Shown piece after piece: positions 9,901 through 15,212 of a DNA stretch of 64,000 nucleotides. The DNA is taken from positions 1 through 64,000 of the IMG/VR virus record IMGVR_UViG_3300037851_000570; one strand, 5' to 3'. A program made the position numbers and the translations under genes. Within the stretch, counting starts at the first letter, position 1. Each line of letters starts with the position of its first letter. Below the pieces are notes generated by a model. The model ran no database searches and had not been told where the DNA came from. It saw only the letters and a list, made by a program, of their open reading frames with translations. Source of the DNA: a virus.

Positions 9901-10148
9901 TTGCCGGTTTGCTTGTCGCGGAGCTCCAACTCTGCACGAATAGGTACCGACCAGGTCCTGCCGGTCAGCTTGGCCAGTTTCTGTGACCGGATGTCGTCGA
10001 TGTCGACCTTGTCCTCGACCCAAACCTTGTTGGCGACAAGAACGTTCTTCTGCCCTTCGATGGGGAAGGAGTTCTTGATGGTGTTGGCAGTGCGATCCTT
10101 GAGGACTTCGAACGCTTCTTGAGGCGCGTAGTGGGCCATCTCATCCAC
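3972..10148 (-). CDS. fused RNA polymerase beta/beta-prime (RpoB-RpoC-like) single polypeptide, 2058 aa
   Basis: Single uninterrupted ORF. The N-terminal ~995 aa carry RpoB landmarks in order: LPKITRRYSYIVNGNEWQV; NPVSFLSGNRRTTLMAPGEGGI...INPSHMGFLDPIQTPESERIG; AYMPYRGYNFEDGIVISE; GDKIVGRHGNKGVITQVLP (GRHGNKG aa 781-787 = nt 7788-7808); GPQYILKLHHMAEKGLQTRS. The C-terminal ~1060 aa carry RpoC landmarks: KWAHITLPDRIPNPAF; VPVLPPVFRP; GKRQDLSMRGVIIPEP; LKRDPVLHKFGVQAFKP; catalytic IGYNADFDGDKMSAF (NADFDGD aa 1374-1380 = nt 6009-6029); GEDCGT...RCQHGKGMCAKCYG; VGVIAAQALGEPATQLAMNAFHTGG. The ORF-track start is GTG at 10148. The ATG at 10139, with AGGGGTGG 5 nt upstream, is the more likely start. 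Confidence 0.9.
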   Translation of the reverse strand: MDEMAHYAPQEAFEVLKDRTANTIKNSFPIEGQKNVLVANKVWVEDKVDIDDIRSQKLAKLTGRTWSVPIRAELELRDKQTGKVLDRQVMNVAQLPKITRRYSYIVNGNEWQVNNLFRMKSGVYTRVKGNGELSSQWNLAKGAGFEMNFDPASKKMIIRHSDQGTKIPVYPILKVLGVDDDTIEKNWGKEILSANKKVNEEKAVKDFYKSLKDELPENLDAAKKFLLTELDKTALRPDSTQLTLGKPYDKVTGEALLAGSSKILRVARQEDVPDDRDSLQFKDLFSAEDLINERLQKWKTQKDVHRKITNTLDKHNRVRNILSPDIFGRPIKNFFVSSVLAERPDQMNPVSFLSGNRRTTLMAPGEGGITSAHQVSLEAQSINPSHMGFLDPIQTPESERIGVTLQLASAVKKVGNELRVPVINAKTGKRVMLDPGTALKSNLAFPDQYDWEGGKPKPTGRTVKVSDPEGVITAISSKDVDYILTSPKGMLDLSSNLIPFIQNDQGNRTMVASRQLEQSVALVNREKPLVQVKSDTNKTFEQAIGEFSSHVSRVDGKVEKVSRDGIIIRDKKGNRHEVQLYDDFPLNDPKSVLNSNPLVQAGDLVHPGQVVADTNFTKGGTLALGSNLRVAYMPYRGYNFEDGIVISESAAQKLTSEHMLREKVRVEADTILNKQKFIAHTAGQVTKEQAAKLDDDAIVKPGQVVNKDDILIGVLKTEQVTPEQQQLGLFSKKLIKPVRPREIRWDKDGPGVVSRVVKHGKDVTVYVKATSSADVGDKIVGRHGNKGVITQVLPDNQMPQTKDGKAVEVILNPAGIPTRINLGQALETAAGRIAEKTGKPYIVNNFDPKNTDYTRNLQAELKKHGLSDTEELFDPQTKRSLGEVLTGPQYILKLHHMAEKGLQTRSRDAYDSNMQPRGGGPHGAQTMDAMGLYAMLAHNARENIREMQSYKADMNDEFWTQIQSGDSVPTPKIPFVFKKFEGYLKGMGIDVKKEGNDLILQPLTDKKTLEMSNGEIVDAGRTLRAKDARPEPGGIFDPKITGTVWSEKGGQMGHKWAHITLPDRIPNPAFEGSVMALLGLTRNTYSSIMSGQKELDGKTGPTAIVHALQKLDTKGMKKELESKIPSLRTSKLDKAYKQLKYLRALERTDLKPTEAYTMRHVPVLPPVFRPVTVLPNGDINYDDINRMYNHVGVVSKKLKDIDPAMPEEEKVGLHSALYDAVKALHLTGTMYQGRHRNAIAEMIAGRKGQQPKEGFFQDKIIGKRQDLSMRGVIIPEPSMSLDEVGIPRKAALELYKPFVVQRMVRQGTNPLDAQVMIRENHPLVRDVLEAELAERPIMLKRDPVLHKFGVQAFKPRIMEGKAVKIHPLATIGYNADFDGDKMSAFVPVSAKAVKEAFKMMPSNNLFSPSTGFLMFKPKHESTMGLFKMTEIGRRTGKRYASPAEAARAVKDGQINMTDLVSLDRIEQDLEKLSAPVKTTVGRLMVYRALPPDLRDNRLLYDPTYQLNDKALKGLLTEVAVKTPGDFGKVSDKLKDLGNEYATGLSISLKDFESDHQSRDPILQAAAREEVHIRERIKEPNKRNEKIVELYVNAGQKIDQLAKARAETSGNRMYDWIKSGARGSWDQFKQMTVAPLLVADSYGKPVPIPIGKSYSEGLDIGSYWASMHGARMGTIGRVQGTQAPGKMSKQLVQTTMNQLIVGEDCGTKKGVSMPVDDRDVLDRYTASDIKLSDKKEPIPAGTLVTPDLLSRLKNNKVKEVPVRSPLRCQHGKGMCAKCYGLSENGNLFQEGTNVGVIAAQALGEPATQLAMNAFHTGGVVGAKGTSATSMFRRLEQLLNVPKKLPGAATLASVDGKIEKVEKDPAGGWSIYVAGQRHYVPAGRELTVKKGGSVKAGDSISTGTKNPLDLLKYTNMPTVQRFLTDEIWNVYKNEGPVRKRNIETFVRAMTNLSEVLDAGDHPALLPGDRIPTSEVHAFNTAVHGKKKPVQVKHVLQGVNMLPLEMQTDWLARMQSRDLKATVLDAAAEGWRSALHSTHPIPGMAYAKEFGKGTEEEPWMY

Positions 10149-10307
10149 CCCTATGCCATCTTCAGCAGTGTGGGCCGCCTAGGCATGTGGAGGAACGTAC
10201 AGACCTCCTATATCTCACGGAAATTCGCATCATGGAAGACGGTATAAGAGAATTGGTAGGGCCCACGTTCGCATTCTTTCAACCCAGTCACTGTTCGGAG
10301 GAATCTA
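10149..10307. promoter_or_regulatory. divergent intergenic region between the RNAP gene and the plus-strand small-gene island (probable promoters, not mapped)
   Basis: 159 nt without a credible ORF, visibly less GC-rich than its flanks, with genes diverging on both sides. Contains the 8-bp palindrome GCCTAGGC (10177-10184). I could not place a convincing -35/-10 pair. Confidence 0.3.
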
Positions 10308-10469
10308 ATGCCGGGTACGAGCGTAACGGACATCTTCGCGGAGGAATTGGATAGCATGGTCAGCGGAGGCTGCCCAGACAACTACGACAACGACAACGAC
10401 GACTACAACTACGAGGACGAAGACAAGGAACGAGACACTCGCCAACAACAGGACGAAGACGACAATTGA
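10308..10469 (+). CDS. very acidic 53-aa protein (hypothetical)
   Basis: Below the ORF-track size cut-off and found by eye. ATG at 10308 is preceded by GGAGGAAT (10297-10304), with TGA at 10467-10469. Translation: MPGTSVTDIFAEELDSMVSGGCPDNYDNDNDDYNYEDEDKERDTRQQQDEDDN, with 19 D/E against 3 K/R. It is the first ORF of the plus-strand island. Confidence 0.4.
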   Translation: MPGTSVTDIFAEELDSMVSGGCPDNYDNDNDDYNYEDEDKERDTRQQQDEDDN

Positions 10470-10694
10470 TGCTGCTGCGCATCTTCGTCCTCGGTCTAGT
10501 TGCGGGCTTCTCAGGGAGGCTCGCGCATGAGATACGTCAGCGGTCCCGGGCCAAGCCCCTACCGGCCGATGCCGGGGGGTCGCCGCCCAATCCAGACGCC
10601 GACTGCGCCAGCTAGGCGCATCGTCACACCAAGAGTCACACTACCCGGCAGACCGCTGTCGCCGCCGGCCGCGGTCTGCCGGGTAGGAGTCTGC

Positions 10695-11294
10695 ATGAGA
10701 TGCGGAGACGAATTCCTGGGCCCGTTCGCCGTCCGCCTCATGCAAGGGAGGATCGAGTACCCAAAAGAACAACCAAACGAACCAAAGTTCACAGCCACGA
10801 AGTTCGGGGACAACGAGCGACTCAAGTGGCTATGCCCGCCCTGCTCGGCTGAATGCAAGATCATTCAGGACGCATGCTGCTTCCGCCCAAGCTCGGTGCT
10901 GGACGGCCTCTCGACCGGCTGGTGCTGTCTGTGCCACCAACCGGTCCAGCCCTACCCCATGAAGAACTGGGGGAGTGCGCTGAGCATAGAACTCGGCCGC
11001 ATGGCGATGAGCACCAAGTCTGGGGCCGAGCAGTTCTACCCGTTCCGGGACAAGGGTTACATCGGCCAGGTGGATTGGCAGTGCTCCACCTGGGAGTTGG
11101 GGTTGGACCTCAACCGTCTGATCGACCCTGATGATGCTCCGGACCCGGACGACTACCAACCCGAACCCGAAGAGGACGATCTCCCTGAGTACGAAGGGTG
11201 CGAGGGGTGTGGGCACTGCGAGTTTTGCCAATACCTGCTGGACACTGGTGACTTCGAAACCTACTTCGAGGAGCTCCGCAGTGAAACTGGGTAG
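10695..11294 (+). CDS. Cys-rich protein with acidic C-terminal region (hypothetical)
   Basis: The ORF track gives 10500..11294, but the first 65 codons are P/R-rich. The ATG at 10695 has GGTAGGAG 5 nt upstream. Product: MRCGDEFLGPF...WLCPPCSAECKIIQDACCF...WCCLCHQ...EGCEGCGHCEFCQYLL, with multiple CxxC pairs and a DPDDAPDPDDYQPEPEEDDLPEYE stretch. Confidence 0.55.
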   Translation: MRCGDEFLGPFAVRLMQGRIEYPKEQPNEPKFTATKFGDNERLKWLCPPCSAECKIIQDACCFRPSSVLDGLSTGWCCLCHQPVQPYPMKNWGSALSIELGRMAMSTKSGAEQFYPFRDKGYIGQVDWQCSTWELGLDLNRLIDPDDAPDPDDYQPEPEEDDLPEYEGCEGCGHCEFCQYLLDTGDFETYFEELRSETG

Positions 11295-11550
11295 GGTTGA
11301 GGGCGGGTACCTGTGCGATGTCTGTGGGGTGCCGCTGACTAGACCACACCCCATCATCCCCGATTCGTCAGGCAAGACCCTGAGGTTCTGCCGCCCCTCG
11401 AATCCACCGAAGCTCGATGACTGCTTCGTCGAGCACTTCCTGAGAGAGTACATCGTTCAGGAGGTTGAGCGGCAGGTCCGTAAAGAGCTGAAGGAGTTGC
11501 TGGAACAAGTGTGCCCGGCGTGCACGTCGCGCTTGCGGCAGTTCAAATAG
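11281..11550 (+). CDS. small zinc-ribbon protein (hypothetical)
   Basis: In-frame GTG at 11281 overlaps the preceding stop (11292-11294). The coherent part, VKLGRVEGGYLCDVCGVPL...RFCRP...LLEQVCPACTSRLRQFK, has CxxC...CxxC. The upstream part of track ORF 11131..11550 is an alternative frame of the previous gene. Confidence 0.5.
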   Translation: MKLGRVEGGYLCDVCGVPLTRPHPIIPDSSGKTLRFCRPSNPPKLDDCFVEHFLREYIVQEVERQVRKELKELLEQVCPACTSRLRQFK

Positions 11551-11556
11551 GAGGTC

Positions 11557-11576
11557 AGAGAGCCCGTTGGCTCTCT
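11557..11576. terminator. hairpin between convergent genes (candidate bidirectional terminator)
   Basis: AGAGAGCC (11557-11564), loop CGTT, GGCTCTCT (11569-11576): a perfect 8-bp stem followed by TTT on the plus strand. It lies exactly between the stop of 11281..11550 (+) and the stop of 11584..12297 (-). Confidence 0.55.
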
Positions 11577-11583
11577 TTAGCCC

Positions 11584-12297
11584 TTAGGCGGTAGCTTGGC
11601 CCGCTTGATAGGCACCGAAGCCAACAGCTGCCGGGATGGCGCCGAGGCCTAGCATCTCGCGAATGCCCATACGCGGTGGCGCAGGGGCTGCTTGAGCTGG
11701 GGCAGCGGGCGCCCCAGCTTGCATGGGAGCCTGCGCGGGGGCAGCCGGCGCTGGCCGCTGCACACGCTGGATGTTCTGTGGTGTCATGGCCATCGGGGGA
11801 GGAGCTTGAATCGGTGCCCGAGGAATGGGAGCCGTGGCTTGCGCCGGCACGGCAGCTTGAGGAGTAGGAGTCGGAGCGCCCGGCATTATCTTGGAGGCCG
11901 TCGGTACATCTGCCCGGCCCAGAACCTTCGTTGTCTCTTGAGAAGGACGAGCGGCAGCTTGGGGTACCTGAGCCTTCGGTACGACCTCTCCCGTCTGCAT
12001 GAACCTCTTCATGTCATGGAGTTTAGGATCGACCTTGCCCTCTTGGAGCATCTTCTCCAGGCCCTGTCGCTTGGCCTCGGCTGCAGCCCGCTGCCTCGCT
12101 ACCAACCCCTCAGACTCCGTAATGGTCTTCTGGAGATTGCCAGCCGAGCCACGCAGCGCACCCATCTCGCCTCTTACAGCTTGATGGGGAGTTTTGGTAA
12201 TGGCACGAAGTCCCGACAACACAAAATCCCCCGCGGGGCCACCACGGGCGATCTTCTCCAGCTCGTCGAGAAAGGCTGAGTACATGTGCGGGTTCAT
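11584..12297 (-). CDS. P/A/Q-rich protein immediately downstream of portal (scaffold-like position; function unknown)
   Basis: 237-aa ORF whose start overlaps the portal stop by 4 nt. The N-terminal motif MYSAFLDELEKIARGG is shared with the 288-aa protein upstream of portal. It has a helical charged centre, a long PAxAP-type low-complexity region and a Gly/Ala-rich hydrophobic C-terminus (LGLGAIPAAVGFGAYQAG). Confidence 0.75.
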   Translation of the reverse strand: MNPHMYSAFLDELEKIARGGPAGDFVLSGLRAITKTPHQAVRGEMGALRGSAGNLQKTITESEGLVARQRAAAEAKRQGLEKMLQEGKVDPKLHDMKRFMQTGEVVPKAQVPQAAARPSQETTKVLGRADVPTASKIMPGAPTPTPQAAVPAQATAPIPRAPIQAPPPMAMTPQNIQRVQRPAPAAPAQAPMQAGAPAAPAQAAPAPPRMGIREMLGLGAIPAAVGFGAYQAGQATA

Positions 12298-14342
12298 ACG
12301 ATTGCCGCCTCCGGCCCTCTTCGTGGGGGGCGTTGCTCTGGCAAAGGCATTCCGGATGACGGACGGTCCGCCCCGGTCGTCGATTGAATCATCTGAAGAA
12401 CCAGCGAGTAGAGCTGCGGGTTCTTCTGTTGCATGCTCGTCATCTCGGCCTGCTTCTCATGGTCGGGGAGCTGATTGAGCCACGAGACCACCTGCTGCGC
12501 GACCATCATGAGGTCCACCTGAGCGCCCTGTTGACCTGCACCCAGTGGGGATGACGCATCGGAAAGCGGGTCCTGCGGCGCCTGATCGCCGCCTTGTGGC
12601 GGCTGCATCATCGAGGTGTCCATTGGCGGGACAGCACCCATCTGGTTCATCTGGCCGATCTGAGCGTTCATCATCTGGCCAGTCGCCATCGGGCTCGCCA
12701 TCCCAGGCTGACCCGAGGCCATCATGCCCTGCTCGGTCATCGCCTTCTGCTGCTCGGGCGGCATGGGGGGAACCTGCTGGTTCATCATGATCTTCTGGGC
12801 CCGACCCTGGTACTTGATGCCGACGAGCTGAGCCTCACCCTGGATGGCCGCCTGCGCGAGGGCCTGAGTGCGCTGGTTCTCCAAGACCATCTTCTGCTCG
12901 AGCTGGATCTGGTCCATCTCGTGTTTGTGATCGCGGTCCACGTCCTCGAGCAGCGTGCGATCCGACACCTTGCCGGCTTGATTGAGCTGCAAGTGGAACG
13001 CGCTGCGCTGTAGGTCGTCGGCCATCTTGAACGCTTTGTAGTGGCAGCCCACCACCTCCCAGCCCAAAAACGCGCCGACGTTCGGCATGATGAAGTCGAG
13101 CACCAACTGCTTGCGCTGTGTACGCTGGTCGAGGAAATGGTTCTCGAGAATGCGCATCGATACGTTGGAGCCGCTGTATTGCATGCCGCCGTAGACGAAC
13201 TCCACCGGCACGCCCATGCCCGCGATGATCTGCTCGGACCAAACCCGGTACTCCTGAGACAGCATGAGCGCCCGGCCTTCCGCGCCGAGGGTCTGCTGGC
13301 CGACCGGGATGGGCATGAGGGGGATGTAGTTGTTGTCGAGGCGCCACCGAATGAGCTCCTGCTCGATCTTGTCGCGCCACTGCGTCAGGTTGACGGTCGA
13401 GTAGACATCGGCTGAGCCCGAGGCGCTCTGTGGGAAAAGCAGGCGCAGAGGTACGATGTGCTCAACCGCGATGGCTTCTTGCGCCTTGCGCAGGACCTGA
13501 AGATAGAAAACGTCCTTGAGGACCGGCAGGATCATGGGCATTCCCCAGCCCTTGTCCTTCTGCGCGATCGTCGGGCGCTTCATGTGGTAGATGTTGTCTC
13601 GGCTGAACAGCAGCGCCTTGTTCTGCCGCAGCGCTTCGATGAACACTTGAGGGATGCGCTCGATGATGTACCGCTTGGCCATCCGGATGTCGTTGGCCAT
13701 TGTCGGTGGGATCGAATAGTAGTACCGGCTCTCCCCTGTCACATCGTTATGCTGCACCGTGATGTACTCAGGGTTCCATCGAATCAGCTTGATGTCTCGA
13801 ACCGACCGGACGTAGTGGTCTCGGACTCGGTACTCCTCATAGGAGCCGCAGCGCGGGCACTCACCAACGAACTTGTACTCTCGGAAGAGGTACTTGCACT
13901 CATCGGCCTTCTGGGTATGGCCGCACCGCTTGCAGATCAGGAGCTTGTAGAAGGGGTACGAGATCGAGATGAAGCAGTTGCCGTAGGTGTTGTAGTCTAG
14001 GCCGGCCTCGACCTCGAACTTCTTGAAGTTCAGAATGGCGCCGAAGAGATTCTCCCACTTCTTGCGGAGAGGCTCGTTGATACTGTCGAACACCAGGTCG
14101 GTGACCGAGTACTCGGCCATCTTGTAGTTGACGGCATTCACCAGCGGGTTGGTCAGGAAGTAGTAGCGGCACCACCGCAGCATCGTCTTGAACGACGACG
14201 GCAGATAGGTGTGCGCAATGTCGAAGAAGGGCGAGGGGTAGCGGATAGCCCCCAGAGCCTCGCTGGTCAGCGAACGGCCACTGTTCCTCGAGAACCGGAG
14301 CCCGCCAGCGGGGCCGAAGCTTAGTGCGTCGAGTTGCGGCAT
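12294..14342 (-). CDS. portal-like protein (682 aa) with zinc-ribbon insertion
   Basis: Called from architecture rather than a diagnostic motif. The supporting points are its size, its place in the virion block, and a Gln/Met/Pro-rich C-terminal tail (MNQQVPPMPPEQQKAMTEQGMMASGQPGM...QIGQMNQMGAVPPMD) like T7-type portal tails. It carries a CKRC...CPRC insertion (aa 137-165). Confidence 0.55.
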   Translation of the reverse strand: MPQLDALSFGPAGGLRFSRNSGRSLTSEALGAIRYPSPFFDIAHTYLPSSFKTMLRWCRYYFLTNPLVNAVNYKMAEYSVTDLVFDSINEPLRKKWENLFGAILNFKKFEVEAGLDYNTYGNCFISISYPFYKLLICKRCGHTQKADECKYLFREYKFVGECPRCGSYEEYRVRDHYVRSVRDIKLIRWNPEYITVQHNDVTGESRYYYSIPPTMANDIRMAKRYIIERIPQVFIEALRQNKALLFSRDNIYHMKRPTIAQKDKGWGMPMILPVLKDVFYLQVLRKAQEAIAVEHIVPLRLLFPQSASGSADVYSTVNLTQWRDKIEQELIRWRLDNNYIPLMPIPVGQQTLGAEGRALMLSQEYRVWSEQIIAGMGVPVEFVYGGMQYSGSNVSMRILENHFLDQRTQRKQLVLDFIMPNVGAFLGWEVVGCHYKAFKMADDLQRSAFHLQLNQAGKVSDRTLLEDVDRDHKHEMDQIQLEQKMVLENQRTQALAQAAIQGEAQLVGIKYQGRAQKIMMNQQVPPMPPEQQKAMTEQGMMASGQPGMASPMATGQMMNAQIGQMNQMGAVPPMDTSMMQPPQGGDQAPQDPLSDASSPLGAGQQGAQVDLMMVAQQVVSWLNQLPDHEKQAEMTSMQQKNPQLYSLVLQMIQSTTGADRPSSGMPLPEQRPPRRGPEAAIV

Positions 14343-14345
14343 CGG

Positions 14346-15212
14346 TTACCCGTAGTGCTTCTGGATACGCTCCAGCTGCTGGGCCGCTTCCTCTGGGGAT
14401 GGAGCGGACACGGCTTGATCCATCGTACCCCCAGCTCTCAGACGGTCAATGACTCTCCCGATACGGCCGCCAGCCTTGCTGGCGAGCCACCAGCCCGCCA
14501 AGCCTGGCACGGGGCCGAGGCCACCAGTGAAGATCATACCACCCAGACCTGCAGCCTCACCCAAGCCACGCTCGACAGCCCCTCCTTCACCTGTAGGAGT
14601 GGCCTTTGGAGCATTGACGATGCTGGGAATCGCCATGGCGCTGAAGCCTGGAATCAGGGCCTTCTGCCCGACCGGCAGGTACTTGGTGATTCGGCCTGCA
14701 CCTGTCACTCCGCGACGTGACAGCTCCTCGGCAGTTCCTCGTACACCGCCGGACGACCATGCCTTGCCCATCGTCTGACTGGGGGCCAAGAGATGCTCAC
14801 CCAGACTGAGTCCGGGAACAAAGCCCTTCAGCGCTGCCTGGCGCTGTTCAGGTGTAGCGCGGGCGGCGAAGTCCTCCAGTCCCCGGAACGTCTCTTTGGC
14901 ACCCTCAGCGACCGGAGTGTTGCGAACCGAGCGACTGAGCCCCGCAACGTTGCTCATCTCGTCCCAACCGGCCTTCAAGCCGGCCAGGGGTTTGGAGGCC
15001 CGGACGCCTAGGCTGATGTCCGAGGGGCCCCAAAGGTTGGTGCGGATCCCTTCGCCAACACGACCCATGGTTTTGACGACAGCTCTCGGCGCCAACTGAG
15101 TCCTGATCCTATCGCCCATGCGAAAGAGCCACTGTGGGGCCCCGGCCTTCTTGATCTGCTCGAGCTCGTCGGCAAATGCCACGAGAGCCCGTTGGTCTAG
15201 TGCGCCGCCCAT
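14346..15212 (-). CDS. Gly-rich virion-module protein (288 aa, hypothetical)
   Basis: ORF ending 4 nt before the portal start. It has the N-terminal motif LVAFADELEQIKKAG and a Gly-rich hydrophobic C-terminal third (GGAVERGLGEAAGLGGMIFTGGLGPVPGLAGWWLASKAGG). Confidence 0.75.
   Translation of the reverse strand: MGGALDQRALVAFADELEQIKKAGAPQWLFRMGDRIRTQLAPRAVVKTMGRVGEGIRTNLWGPSDISLGVRASKPLAGLKAGWDEMSNVAGLSRSVRNTPVAEGAKETFRGLEDFAARATPEQRQAALKGFVPGLSLGEHLLAPSQTMGKAWSSGGVRGTAEELSRRGVTGAGRITKYLPVGQKALIPGFSAMAIPSIVNAPKATPTGEGGAVERGLGEAAGLGGMIFTGGLGPVPGLAGWWLASKAGGRIGRVIDRLRAGGTMDQAVSAPSPEEAAQQLERIQKHYG

Noticed and set aside
4176-10122. Numerous 60-280-aa plus-strand ORFs inside the RNAP gene (for example 5892..6725, 7335..8072, 8109..8693)
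   Set aside because: They are antisense to a gene whose protein motifs are unmistakable. Their translations are L/V/G/R/D-rich with no recognisable motifs, which is typical of stop-poor antisense frames in high-GC DNA.
10177-10184. GCCTAGGC palindrome as an operator in the RNAP upstream region
   Set aside because: It is only 8 bp and occurs as a single copy. It is noted in the feature evidence but is too short to support a claim.
10500-10694. N-terminal extension of the Cys-rich ORF (track start 10500)
   Set aside because: The extension is a P/R/G-rich low-information sequence. An internal ATG at 10695 with an RBS gives a coherent Cys-rich protein.
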